DNA of 64,000 bases from Octopus vulgaris. Taxonomy: Eukaryota. Under the pieces are notes generated by a model that saw nothing but the letters and a program-made list of their open reading frames with translations, was not told the DNA's origin and did not search any database. A program made the translations under genes and the position numbers. How positions within the stretch are numbered: position 1 is the stretch's first letter; the number at the start of each line of letters is the position of its first letter. Below are positions 28,681 to 43,320 of this stretch, one piece after another. The stretch is from the NCBI GenBank assembly GCA_951406725.2, contig OX597818.1:39184001-39248000 (forward strand). Reading direction: 5' to 3'.

Positions 28681-31600
28681 CTTATCTGTCTGTCTGTCTA
28701 TCTATCTGTCAAATTCTTATTCCTCACTTTCTTGCTTGTTAACTTATACTAATTTTTCTATATCATCATGAATGTGATGAGAGTGGCTGTTGAATTAACT
28801 GAAATGTGAGAGCCTCAGAAAAAATACCTTACAGTATTTCTTTTTGGCTCTTTAGGTTATAAAATCAAAATCCTACCAAAATCAACTTTGTCTTTCATCA
28901 GTCTGGAGTTGATAAACAAAAGCATCAGTCCAATATTAGAATCAATGCAACCATATAGCCCCTGCCTCCTAAAATTGCTGGCTTCGTGGCTGAATTAGAA
29001 GCAATTATTATAGCCAGGTCTCTTTTAGACTGTAAACTATTAAGCTGTAAGTTAGTATCAGAATCTAATGTTGATCAAAACAACTAAAACAGTTTAACCT
29101 TTTTGTTACTGTATTTATTTTGAGATACTCTGTGTTTCTTTCAATTACTTTAAATATAACAAAGAATTTAGTAAAATAACCTAGTTATCATTCAGTTAGT
29201 GTTAGGAGCATAAATTGTGACTAAGGTTTGGTGCAAGATTTTAATTCAAAACTTGTGTAAACAAGACTTTTGTACACAGAGCCAGAGCCGGTTTCAGCCG
29301 GGTTGATAAGGAAAAGGTTAACATTGTCCAGAAATACAACACAAACTTTTCTTAGGTTTAAGCTCAGAAATGTACGTTGTGTAGTCCAAAGTTTTTAATA
29401 GAATGGACATTCTGCTTCATAATAATCTAATATTGCTATTCAAATTATAGCATAAACATTACCAGGGTTTGACTGTTTAGTTAAGAAGCTTGCTTTGCAA
29501 CCACAAGGTTTTGGATTCGGTTCCTCTGCAAGACACTTTGTGCAAGTGTCTTCTACTACAGCACTGAACTGACTGATCCTTGTGAGTGAATTCAGTTGAC
29601 AAAATCTGTGTGGAAGCTTGCTGTGTATGTGTGTTTGTGCCTGCATCTTTATGTTTGTGTTTTCCCCTTCCCTCAGTTTAGTAAAATAACTTAGTTATCA
29701 TTCAGCTAGTGTTAGGAGCATAAATTGTGACTAAGGTTTGGTGGGAGATTTAAATTCAAAACTTATGAAAACAAGACTTTTGCACTCAGAGCCAGAGCCG
29801 GTTTCAGCCGGGTTGATAATGAAAAGGTTAACATTGTCCAGAAATACAGCACAAACTTTTCTTAGGTTTAAGCTCAGAAATGTATGTTGTTTAGTCCAAC
29901 TGATGCTGGTTTGTTAATATCCCTGTAACTTAGTGGTTCAGCAAAAGTGACCAATAAAGTAAGTACTAGATTTTAAAAAAATAATAGATATTGGAGTTGA
30001 TTTGTTTGGTTAAACCCTTCAAGGTAGTGCACCAACATGGCCACAGTCCAATGACTGAAGTAAAAGATAAAATATAAGAGATAAATCTGCTAAAATCTGC
30101 AATCTGTTGTTAATTGTTTGCTTCAACTTTCTTATATTTTCAGCTTCGTTTAGCTGTATATGATCCAGTGAATCCAGATTTAAAAGGATATACCAATGCC
30201 ACAGTGAGAGTTGATCTGAATCCCAATGCACCCCAAGTTCAAAGTCTATTTGTTTTCAATATTTCAAGTTCTGCATCAGCCGGTACTATTGTTGGGAATA
30301 TTTTTGCTTCAGATCTTGATGGGGTACGATAATTTCATTATATTACTCATATTTTTATTGATTTATTTATTTTACTTAGACATGTCTTTTTTCATCCAAT
30401 TTTTTGTTAGGTTAATTTATTTGTTTATTTATAATTTGGAGTTTATTTCCACTTTTTAATTAGGAAGTCACATATGATCAAGTCACTCAATTGCATTTTT
30501 GCCAATTGTAATGAAATAGCCTTGGAACCTAATTTGATATGATGTGGTCTAAACAATCAGAGAGATGTAGCTTGTTCTAAGACTCAATGTAATGTTTAAG
30601 AGGAAATTTTCTCTTAGGGTCTAAATCATATACATTAATAAACACATCATTATTTGAACCAATGAAGTTCCTACATTTCCAATTCACCTACTTGAAGTAG
30701 CAGCTGAATTATCCTCACATTTCACCCTATCGTTTTAAAGTGAAAACGAGAAGGGCACAGCTGATAATGTAGTCCTAGATACCCCCACAAAAGACAGGAT
30801 GGTAATGACTAAAACTCCTTTGATCATAGGTCAGGGCCAATCCAGAGCTAAACAACATCAATACTACAACAGCAACTCCCAACGTTCGCTTGTCCCTTGC
30901 ATGGGAAGTAACTCTCATGTCAACTGTATGTCCAAATTCTGTGCTAGGTTGCTAAGTTATCACAGATAAATCTTGAACAATCATCATTTTTAGAACAACT
31001 GAGTTGACATTTTACACGCTTAAGCAGCATTTACTATCAAAGTCTAGATATACAGAAAAATAATAGAGTAGGAAATTGACTGCAATACTGTACACTTTTT
31101 CTATGATTCAATATCAGATGATAAGCAATCCAAGAGGGATCTACATGATTAGTCGAGCTGCTAGAAATAGGAGCTAAATCTTCCTCAAATCACATCCACT
31201 CCTCTCTCATTTTAAAAAAGAGGGAATGTTAGATAATGTAACCTTTATACTCCTGAAATGAGAGGATGGTCAAGGTTGGAAAGCCTTTGATCATAGGTCT
31301 ATTTGATCAAGACTGACATGCAGTTAAACAACTCTACGAACAAAAGTATGTAACAAATACTTCTTTTTATCTGTAGTGCTAGTATATTTGTTGTTTCTGC
31401 TCATGAGGAATTGCTGAAGCTGTTTAAATGATCCTTTTGAAGCTGCAGAAAACTGAAACATCGTCAGCTAAACTATTGATTCAGTATAATACCATACATA
31501 TATCATAAGCTTTAAGGCAGTGAGCTGTCAGAATTGTTAGCATGCTGTACAAAATGCTTAGCGGCATTTTGTCCATCTTTACGCTCTGTGGTCAAGTTCC

Positions 31601-34600
31601 AACAGGGTTGACTTTGCCTTTCACCCTTTTAGTGTTGGTAAAATAAGTACCAGTTGAGTACTAGGGGCGATGTAATTGACCTACCCACTTCCCCCAAATT
31701 TCAGGTGTTGTACCTATAGTAGAAAGTAATATATCAGAAGCTAATATACTCAGCTGTATGTGGGCTGTTCAATAAGTATCTAGACTGTTGCCATAGTAAC
31801 GAAGCTAAGGCACACAGATTGAAGCCACTTGCTACAAATTGACCTTGAACTTTGTTGTGCATGTGCACTAAATTTTAACATTCTAGCTTATTTCTACTGT
31901 TTATGACAGTGCTTGGAAAGAAGGTGAGTAGTGTGTGATCATTGTAATGATCATGACAGAGACAGTTGAGCAGAGAATCTGCATCAAATTTTGTCAAAAG
32001 TTTGTTGCTACCTGCTCAGAGGCCTACACAAAGTTTTCAAAAAGTTTTCATCATTCTCAACACAATCAAAGAGATCTTGTGCAACTGACACCTGGGTGTC
32101 TTTTTGGTCAGCTGAAAGCAGTTTTGGCTCATATCCAAATCCTCAGTGATAATAGACTGAACTGAACCGTAACTAATCTGCACATCCTCTGGTAACTCAT
32201 GGATGGTGGTTCAATGATTTCCCCTCACTGCTGCATGCACATCTCTCCATTCTGCTGGTTGTGGCTTTCTCAGAACATTCGTCAATATCAGCATTTTTTT
32301 GGCCATCTTGTTAACATCTGAACCACTTGTACACTTGTGTGCAGCTCATACACTCTTCTCCATACACTTTCTGCAACTTTGCATAGACCTCTGAGCAGGT
32401 ATCACCATGACAGCTTTCTCTGTCATGGTCAATGCGATGATCACACACTACACACCTTCCTTCCAAGCACTGCTGTAAATAGTAAAAGTGAACTAGAATG
32501 TAAAACTTAGTGTACATGTACAGCAGAGTTTAAGGTCAATCTGTGGCAAGTGGTTTCACTTTGCGTGCTTTAGCTTCGTTACTATGGCCACAGTCCAGAT
32601 ACTTATTGATCAGACCTCATATTCAGCAGTCATAACTATAAGCATGGGGTACTCATTGTGTTGCTATTGTTGCTATAAGAATGGGGTACTCAATATGTTG
32701 CTATTGTAGGGTGCAGAATTTTCTGGCATTGGCCTTGTTTACAGGTATTTCATCAGTCTTTACCTTATGAGTTCAAATTCCACCGAGGTTGACTTTGCCT
32801 TTCATCCTTTTTGGGGTCAATAAAATAAGTATCAATAAAGTAATGGGGTTGATGTGATGGACCTACCCCTCCTGCCAATTCTCAGACTTTGTGTCTATAT
32901 TAGAAAGGATTGTAATTTTTCTTTTTCAGTGTTATTTAATTTTTCAATTTATTGCTATTATTAAAAGAAACAATTATATATTTCAGGATCAACTGACATT
33001 CTCTATGGAAGGAGATCTTGATGACCGGCAAACTTTCTATGTGGCACCATATAATGGCGATATTCTCCTAAAGAAAAGCCTTCAAAAGAGCTTAGCACAA
33101 TATGTGGTGAGTATAATTTCCTTTAAAATCTCATCATCATCATCCTCCTCATCATCATCATTTAAAATCCATTGTCCATGCTGGCATGAGTTGGATGGTT
33201 TGACCGAGCTAGCACATTGGAAGGCTGCACCAAACTCCAATCTGATTTCACATGGTTTTCTATGGCTGGATACTCTTCCTAATGCCAACCACCCCGAGAG
33301 TGCAATGGGTGCTTTTACATGCCACTGGCACAGGTGCCATTTGCGTGAAATCTGGCTGCGTTTACATTCCACTGGCACGGGTGCCAATTTGCATGACACT
33401 GGTATCTGCCATGACTGTGATTTTACTTGGCTTGCTGGGTCTTCTTCTCATGCACGACATAATGACAAAGGTCTTGGTCATTGCCTCCATGAGATCCAAC
33501 ACTTGAAAGGAACTCAGCCACTTTGCTTCCATGAGGCCCAACACTCGAAAGGAACTAAGCCTTCGTGAGGCCCAACATTTAAAAGATGTTCTTTACATAC
33601 CACTGGCACAGGTGCACTTGACTTGATGGGTCCTCTCAACCACAGCACATTGCCAAAGGTTTCGGTCACCGGTCCATTGCCTCTGTGAGGCTTAAAGTTT
33701 GAAGATCATATTTCATCACCTCGTCCCATATCTTCCTGTGTCTACTTCTGCCACAGTTTCCCTCCACAGTTAGAGATTGGCACTTCTTTACACAGCTGTC
33801 CTCGTCCATATGTAAGATGTCCAAGTCTATTAAATATTATTTATTAGAAGTATTATTTATTCACTGACATTCCATTTTAATGATCTGAAATTAAAATAAA
33901 TGAACCAAAATTAACTAGAAAAAAACAAAAACAAAATAGATTCCAAAATGATTCAAAAATAGAATTCTTGAAAAAAATAGATTCCAAAATTTAAAAACAC
34001 AATAAATTCCAAAATTAAAAAAAATACGGCAGGAACTTAGTTGCCAACCCAGTACATGACATGAGCACAAGTGAGGTCAGTTTTGCCTTGGTTTTTACAG
34101 CTGGATACCCTTCCAAATGCCAACCACTTCACAATGTGGACTGGGCATTTTTTATGTGGTACCAGTACTGGCAGGGTCACCAAGAAGCTTGCAAAACAAG
34201 GAATCTTTGAGAGGGAGGGGGCACTGGAGGAGGTGATTTTGTGTCACATGATGAAAGATTAGTGGGTGACAGGGAGACAGGAAGATAGAAACAGAAGTCT
34301 TGCCATACAATAAGTACGTATGTGTAAATGATCATACATATACTTCTTCAAAATACGTGAATCATTCAGCTAACATCTGAATGATTAATCCATTGTGTAA
34401 ATAGTGTTGTAAACATCCATGACTTACATTCAACTAAATCATACATTTTTGGTGAAGCTAATCATGAATGGAAATATTGCTTGTAAGAGTAATAGCAGGC
34501 AGTAGCATACCTTGTAAATGCTCTTATAGGGTGGCATTTTGGATCTGTTGTATAAGCTTGTATAAACCCTATTTGTCTGAGGGTTTAGAAGGTGGTAAGC

Positions 34601-37600
34601 TTAAGGACTGCCCCAGGCAAACACATTCTAGTTTCACTGACAGGCCCTTCTTATTAATCCAAGAATTAAAAGTATCAAAAGAATGAACAGCTTTCGTTTT
34701 CTTTATTTATGTAGCCAAAATGGTTGACAGATCAAATAAAACCTTGTAAAAACGTAGGGAAACACTAAAAGGGATCATTGTATATGCATAAACGAATTCA
34801 GGAAAATGGATGGAAGCACTCCGTCGGTTACGACGATGAGGGTTCCAGTTGATCTGAATCAACGGAACAGCCTGCTCGTTAAATTAACGTGTAAGTGGCT
34901 GAGCACTCCACAGACACGTGCACCCTTAACGTAGTTCTCGGGGATATTCAGCATGACACAGAGAATGACAAGGCTGGGCCCTTGAAATACAGGTACAACA
35001 GAAACAGGAAGTAAGAGTGAGAGAAAGTTGTGGTGAAAGAGTACAGCAGGGATCACCACCATCCCCTGCCGGAACCTCGTGGAGCTTTTAGGTGTTTTCG
35101 CTCAATAAACACTCACAACGCCCGGTCTGAGAATCGAAACCGCGATCCTATGACCGCGAGTCCGCTGCCCTAACCACTGGGCCATTGCACCTCCACTCAG
35201 GAAAAATAACTATCAATACAATGTTTTATATGCATTCTGATATATAAAGGCATGAAAAAATATTGGTTTCTAATTTTGGCACAAGGCCAGCAATTTCATG
35301 AATGGAGTAAGTTGATTACATCAACCCCAGTGACCAACTGGTACTTATTTTATTGACCCTGAAAGGCAAAGCTGGTCGTGGTAGAATCTGAACGCAGAAT
35401 GCAAAGACAGACGAAATGTCATTAAGCATTGTGCTTTGACATGCTAATGATTCTGCCAGCTCATTGCCTTTAAAAAAGTGGCCAGGAGACTGCTATGAAG
35501 ACTCGACTTTGTACCTCTCAAGTTCCAGATGATTGCTTTATCCTTTGAGCTATATGGCCCCTGACAAGGTATGAAAAGATATTAATATCAAAAGAGTTTT
35601 TTGAATATATGTTTCTTTATTAGCCACACAGGGCTGAACACAGACGGGACAAATTACAAAGTAGAGCTTTTCTTTTTGAAGAGTAAAAAAAAAGTGGAGT
35701 AGGTTTTCAATCAAAAGGGATCGTAAAAAGGAAAGAAAAAAAAAACTGATCAATAGGGATCGTGTATCACAGAAATGTCATGATGTAAAGTGTAAAGGGG
35801 GAAGCAGATAAGGTTTATCCATGGAAAGAAAAGCCTACAGAAAAGACCATGGTAACCTCGGTCAATAATGTCACATGTTAATACATTTATTTGCAAGTAA
35901 GTAACTCTGTTTTAAATTTTTCCGGGTTCATAGGATTATGCTCAAGGTGGCTTCGTCATTCATACGTGCCATCCTTGCTACATTCACCCATCTTTTTTTT
36001 AAACATTTGCTAAACAAAACTTGTCCCCCTCTCTCTCTCTCTTTCTCTCTCTCACCACCTCTCTCTCTCTTTTTCTCATTTACTACTTTCTTTTTCACTT
36101 GTACAGTTTGATGTCAAAGTTTCTGATGGAAGCAAAACTGCCAAAACTATCGTTACCATTAATGTGATACCTACTCAGAAACCATTCTTTACCTCTCCAC
36201 CACCTAATGATGTGACCATCGATGATTCTTTCTCTGTGAATACACAACTGTTTGTTGCCAAAGCTACTCATAGAAACCTAAAGGTAAGACTGCATAAATT
36301 TTTCATGCCAAAATTTCTGTTACACATCATTCATATATTGCAAAACTAAGAAAATGGAATTTTAGTATCATTTCGCTACTATGTTATTGTTACTGTATGG
36401 TTAGCTGCTGTCATTATTTTATATCTTTGAAATGTTTAACAATCATTAAACAATATCACTTCAAATAAGAATGTCAACACTTAAGACAATTGAGTCAAAA
36501 TTCTAATATCTAAAAATGCCAAATCATATAAAAAGTTAACCTTAAAAAAAACAAAAAACTTTTGGTTTCTTTAGTATATCTTTTACTCTTTACTCTTTTA
36601 CTTGTTTCAATCATTTGACTGCGGCCATGCTGGAGCACCGCATTTAGTCGAGCAAATTGACTCCAGGACTTATTCTTTGGAAGCCTAGTACTTATTCTAT
36701 CGGTCTCTTTTGCCGAACCGCTAAGTTACTGGGACGTAAACACACCAGCATTGGTCGTCAAGCGATGTTGGGACAACAAACACAGACACACAAACACACA
36801 CACATATATATATATATACATATATATACGACGGGCTTCTTTTCAGTTTCTGTCTACCAAATCCACTCACAAGGTTTTGGTCGGCCCGAAGCTATAGTAG
36901 AAGACACTTACCCAAGGTGCCACACAGTGGGACTGAACCCGGAACCATGTGGTTGGTAAGCAAGCTACTTACCACACAGCCACTATTCATTTTATTTTTA
37001 TTAACATGTCTAGTATTTCATTATTTTCTTTTTCTAAACTAGAATTAATCAAGGAAAAAATAACGTGACTTATGGTTTTAAGTCTAGTGAAGGTGCATTG
37101 CTCAGTGGTTAGAGTGTTGGGCTCACAATCATGAAGTAGTGAGTTTGATTCTTAGACTGAGCTGTGTGTTGTGTTCTTGAGCAAGACACTTTATTTCACA
37201 CTGCTCCAGTTCACTCAGCTGTAGAAATGAGCTGCAATGTCACGGATGCCAAGCTGTATCGGCTTTTGTCTCACCTTGAATAACATTGGTGGCATAGAGT
37301 GGGGAGGCTGGTATTCATTGGCAACAGCTGGTCTTCCATAAAAGAACCTTGCCTAGACTTGTGCCTCAGGAGGTAGCTTTCTCGGTGCAATCCCATGGTC
37401 ATTCATGTCCAAAGAGGGTCTTTACCCTCACCTTTTATTAGTCTGGCATTCATCAAAGATATATGTAAATATTCAAATTATACTGTATATGTATGTTGAC
37501 AATAGGTATAAAAATGTGAAACAGTTGCATAAATCATAAATCTATATTTATGATTTATATATACATTTATTAGTTGTAGATCAAAATTTTTAATCCTTGA

Positions 37601-40600
37601 ATCTCTTATAAATTAGCAAATATCAAACAGAATTTAACTGAAAAATTTTATTTACTTGCCTAATTTACATGCAAATGAATTATTTGAACAATGTGTTAGA
37701 CTAATGCATTTGAAAGAAACTGTCTCATGGCTAATTGTTTTTTTTTTCTCCTTTTGTTTCTTTCTTTCAGCAACAAATTGTTTATGAACTGACTGGAGAT
37801 TCACATACTCTAAACTATTACCAAATAAATGCAAATACTGGAGATATCTCCCTGAAAACATCACTTCTAACTGATCGTGTAATTTCTTATAGGGTAAGCT
37901 ACAGAAATAATACATTTTATATTATGATTATATAATTGTAACTAGTTTGTTTACTAGATTCATTAGGACATTCTAAGATTAAAATTTTTTAAATAAAAAA
38001 GGAAAGAAAAAGTAGAGACTATAATTATGTTACTTGATAGAGATGTCTATAGCTAAGCTTTTTAGTTTTATCAATTTCCTTTTGGTTTCTATATTTATTC
38101 TTTTTTTATACATAATTTATTTCTTGATGCCCCAAATTCATAACCCAATGAATTCACTAGATATATTTCATAGAGATCATGCAGGCATTAAAATTTTCAA
38201 TTCTTCTCAAAATCCTAGCAATCATAAAATTTGTGCAATCATAAAATTTGTGCATGTTTCAGATTCATGGGAGTTTAGAAAATTAGAGCTAATTTTGCCC
38301 ATAGATAATAGTTCTGAACTATCACAGGTCAAATCCACAGATGTGATATTTATGTCAAAATGATGTGAAAATAGCAATATAGAAGTAAGTGACCTGGATA
38401 AATATTATGAAAGGCTTACACCAGATATGAAGTCATTGTTCTAATGTAACTAGACTTCTCCTTTTCACTCATTATTATAATTTTTGCCTAGGCCAGCAAT
38501 TTCGAAGGAGGGGTTAGAGCCCCAACCTCCCCCAAGTGATCAACTGGCACTTATTTTATTGACCCCGAAAGGATGAAAGGCAAAGATGATCTCAGTAGAA
38601 TTTGAACTCAGAACATAATGATGGGCAAAATACTGCTAAACATTTCGTTCAGTGTGCTAATGATTCTGTCAGCTCAAAACCTTAATAATAATAATAATAA
38701 TAATGATGATGATTAAAATAAATGCCCTGATGCAGTACCAGGCAGTTGTTCTCATGGCTGCTGATCTTAACTGATTGGAAGTGTTATCATGTACATCGTT
38801 TTGTCTTGGTATAAAAGATGGGCTACAGCAAATATTCTGCTCAATACCACAGACTTGCTTGTCAGTTACTTGACCTTAACCAGTTGAGCATGTTCCTTAG
38901 TGGCTGACGATATGTGCATCTCTGATCACGAGCAGAAGTAGTGGGGGAGCATCATAGTCATGTGTTGAGAGGAATTCTTTGTGGTTTGGATAATTCACCT
39001 CTGGAAACATGGATGTTTTGTTCAACATCCTTAAACAACCTTTACTCAGGGTCTTTTTGAGCAGGATGGGCTACTTGACCTGAAGAAAATTCTAACTAGG
39101 TCCCATCTGCAAGGTCATGTTCTGTTAATCTTGATATGAGATCACTATATCATGCACATATGGTTGTGATGCATGTGCTTGGTATACCTTTATCAGACAG
39201 GTAGTCATGATGGGTATACTGGGCTTCGTATATTTTATAATAATAATACTTTTTACTGGAGGCACAAGGCCTCAAATTTAGTGGAAGGGAACTAGTTGAT
39301 TACATCGATCCTAGTGTTTCACTGGTACATAATTCCTCAGTCTCGAAAGGCTGAAAGGCGAAGTTGACCTTGGCTGAATTTGAACTCAGAAAGTTGCGAC
39401 AGGTGAAATACTGCTAAACATTTTGTCCGGTGTGCTAACAATTTTGCCAGCTCACCACCTTACTAATACTAATACTAATACTACTACTACTAATAATAAT
39501 AATAATAATAGTAATAGTAATAGTAATAATAATAATAATAATCATAGTAGTAATAATAATAATAGGGTTTAGTTGATACCATTGCTTTTGATTCTTGATT
39601 TATCAATCCCAAATGTCAGATTGTTAATTACATTTAAAATTATTTGCTTTTGAAATGCAAATTTTAAAAATATGGTAAAAAGCTATTTTTTTCATTATAC
39701 ATTTTTTATTGAAATGAGCCAATGCATATCATTACAGCTTGAACTCAAAGCCTATGATTCAGCAGAACCAGACAATTTTGCAACAACTACCCTCATCGTT
39801 AATGTCAGGCGAAACCCAAATGCTCCAGTATTTTTATCAAGTAGTTATACCAAAGATATCAGAGAGTCTCTGAGTCCAGGTTCATCAGTGCTGAAGGTGT
39901 CAGCAATTGACAGTGATAGAGTAAGTCCCAGTTTTTCAGACTTTAACTTTACCACCTTCATCATTATTATTCTTATTGTTATCATCACTATAATAGTTAC
40001 CGTCAGCACCATCACCAACACCACCTGTATTTTTATTACCGTTGAATCTATTGAGCCTTTCAACACTTCTGTTTCGGAATCATCCACAGTTTTTGGCTCC
40101 TTTCAAATGGCAAATTTCTGAATTGCTACCCAAGAATGAACTCATTGATACAATACAATCTGCAGACCCAGACAATGATGTAGCTTCAAATTATGTACCC
40201 ATCTAGTTATTTAGTGGCCTAGTGGTTAGGGTGTTGCACTCATGATCGCAAGATTGTGGTTTCAATTCCTGGACCAGGTGTTGCATCGTGATCTTAAGCA
40301 AAACACTTCATTCCACTTTTTGCCTCACTCTACTCAACCGTAAAAGAATAACCCTGTGATGGAATGGCATCCTACCAACAGCTTCTCCATTTTTATTAGT
40401 GTTGAATTTGTTGAGCCTTTCAACACATCTCTTTCCAGTATACAAAGGAAAACATCTTTTGCTTGCTTTCTTTTTAAATATATTACAGTTTCTATTTCCT
40501 ATTCGGTTCTATCTTTTTCCCTCATTAGACTGCGGCCATGCTGGGGCACCACCTTCAAGAATTTTTTTAGTCAAATGAATCGATCCCAGTACTTATTTTC

Positions 40601-40761
40601 TTTTTAAAACCTGGTATCTATTCTATCGGTCTGTTTTGCCAAACCACTAAGTTACAGGAATGTAAACACACAGCACCAATTGTCAAGTTCTATTAAGGAC
40701 AAACACAGCCACAAAGACACACACACACATGCATACATACATACATACATACATACATACA

Positions 40762-40797
<36 letters not shown>

Positions 40798-40903
40798 TGT
40801 ATATATATATGTATATATTTATGTATATATGTATGTATATATTTATGTATATATGTATGCATATATATATGTATATATATGTATATATGTATATATATAT
40901 ATG

Positions 40904-40945
<42 letters not shown>

Positions 40946-41846
40946 ACAGGCTTCTTTCAGTTTCCATCTATCAAATCCACTCACAAGGCTTTGGTCGGCC
41001 TAAGGCTATAGTAAAAGACTCTTGCCCAAGGTAACATGCAGTGGAACTGAATCTAGAACTATGTGGTTAGGAGCCAAGCTTCTTACCACACATAAAAAAT
41101 ACAGTGAGTTAAATATAGGGAAAAAAAATATTTCACTACTATATAGGATAATAGAGGCAAATGGCCTAGTGGTTAGAGCAGAAGACTTATGGTCAAGGGA
41201 TTGTGAGTTCGAATCTCAGACTGGGCAATGTGTGTGTTTATGAGCAAAATACCTAAGCTCCATGGAGCTCCAGCAGAAGGTACTGACAAACTTCTGCTGA
41301 CTCTTTCGCCCCAATATTTCTCTCACTCTTTCCTCCTGCATCTAACAGTTCACCTGCAACTGACCAGTGTCCTGTCCAGGTGGGGAATCTCTATGCCAAT
41401 GAAACTGGGAAACTGGCCCTTAAGAGCCAGGCATGGCTCGAGAAGTAACAAACAACAACATATAGGATAATAAAGCTGAACATGACAGTAAAGTACAGAT
41501 TAAATAACATAGGTTATTCAGTAAAAGGATTCACTGTGTAAAATATACTGCCTGTATCAGCTTTGACTAGCATCTCTCTGAAAGAAGTTAATAATCAGCT
41601 TTCAATGTAGCACAATTTTTAAAAAAATGTTTATTTGAACATAAATCTAACCATGCGTTTTCAAATTGATCCAGTACTATCAAGGACAGATGTTGTTTCT
41701 AAAAGGATTCAACCTTGCTTCCTTTTTGGGGGTAGGGTAGGGGAGCACAAACATCAGTTAATTTATCACCTGTTAGTTTTTCTGAGAAGGCCTGTGGAAT
41801 TAAAAATAACAAGGTTTACAATTTGTAATCAATAATAATAGTGATG

Positions 41847-41893
<47 letters not shown>

Positions 41894-42024
41894 CGTTTAA
41901 TGTTCGCTGTCCATGCTAGCATGGGTTGGACGATTTGACTGAGGACTGGCGAACCAGATGACTGCACCAGGCTCCAATCTGATCTGGCAGAGTTCCTACA
42001 GCTGGACGCACTTCCTAATGCCAA

Positions 42025-42087
<63 letters not shown>

Positions 42088-43273
42088 TTATTGTATACAA
42101 TGCTCAGATGCACCACAGCCATCAGAAAAAGTAACTAAAACTGCATGAACAGTACATGAAATATCCTCAGGAAGTGAACAGTGAATAAATCCTTAAAAAA
42201 AATTGGGTTGAGGGCATTGGGCAAACTGCTGGTGAATATTTCAGGAAGCATGGAAGTTTTGAACTAACAATTAACAACTGATGCAGGAAGCTTATTCCAT
42301 GTTTCAGCAATTCTGAGCATGAAAAAAATGTTTCCATACTAGCTGAATATGACCTCAAATAGCCAACTAGATACCAAGTCTAATGTGAAACAAACAAGAG
42401 AAACTATTGAAGCAAGGAGAAATGGCTGGGTTGAGTTTGTTGCTATAAACTGAACTCAATTGTCAGGATCACTTTACAATGGGTTCCATAGGGTAAAGGA
42501 AGACATTAGCGACCAAAGGAAATATGGCAGAGAACAATAACAAAAGATCTTAAAAGCAGAGTGTCAACAATGGAACAAGGTGTCAAGGATGCTTTCAGTG
42601 TTAGGTGGAATGATCTTGCCGCTGCCTCAGGTTCCACAAGGCACAATGAAAACCAAATGTAATGTATGTAAATCAATATATTTTACTATGACAGTTGAAA
42701 ATTAAGTATTTCCCTATCTTTGATTACCAGCTTGTCATATTTTATCAAATTTTCTTAAACTTACTTAAGGAAAATGCCATCACAATATAATGTTATGAAT
42801 TATCTATGTACTATTTTCAGGATATTGTTGACTATGAAATGATAGATCCAGTGAGCAACAATGCTTATCAGAACTTCTTCATTTCAAGAAATGATGGCAC
42901 TATTTATGTAAGGCAACCTCTCGATCGGGATAACACCACCAACATGTTTACTGTAAGTATTAGATATTAATAAAGTGGAAGTATTTTTATTTTATTTTTT
43001 TAATTTTTCATCATTTAACCAATTTCATAATATATTTTGTCTTCAACTGTTTAGTTGTTCTAGTCATTGGACTGTGGTCGTGCTGGGGTACAGCTTTCAT
43101 GGGTTTAATCAAACAAATTGACCCCAGTACTTCTTCTACTTGTCAAACTACTAAGTTACTGGGATATAAACAAACCAAGACCGGTTATCAAGCAGCTAAG
43201 AATGGGGACAAGTACAAGTACAACGAAACACACACACACACACACACACTAACACTCACACACACACATACAC

Positions 43274-43320
<47 letters not shown>

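Noticed and set aside
35110-35196. Possible tRNA genes at A/B-box motifs
   Set aside because: Each continues into a shared SINE body, and I could not form a full cloverleaf with an acceptor stem.
40652-41034. Stack of YI/HT/CV-rich ORFs (also near 47900, 49100, 56000 and 63100)
   Set aside because: Dinucleotide and tetranucleotide microsatellite artefacts.
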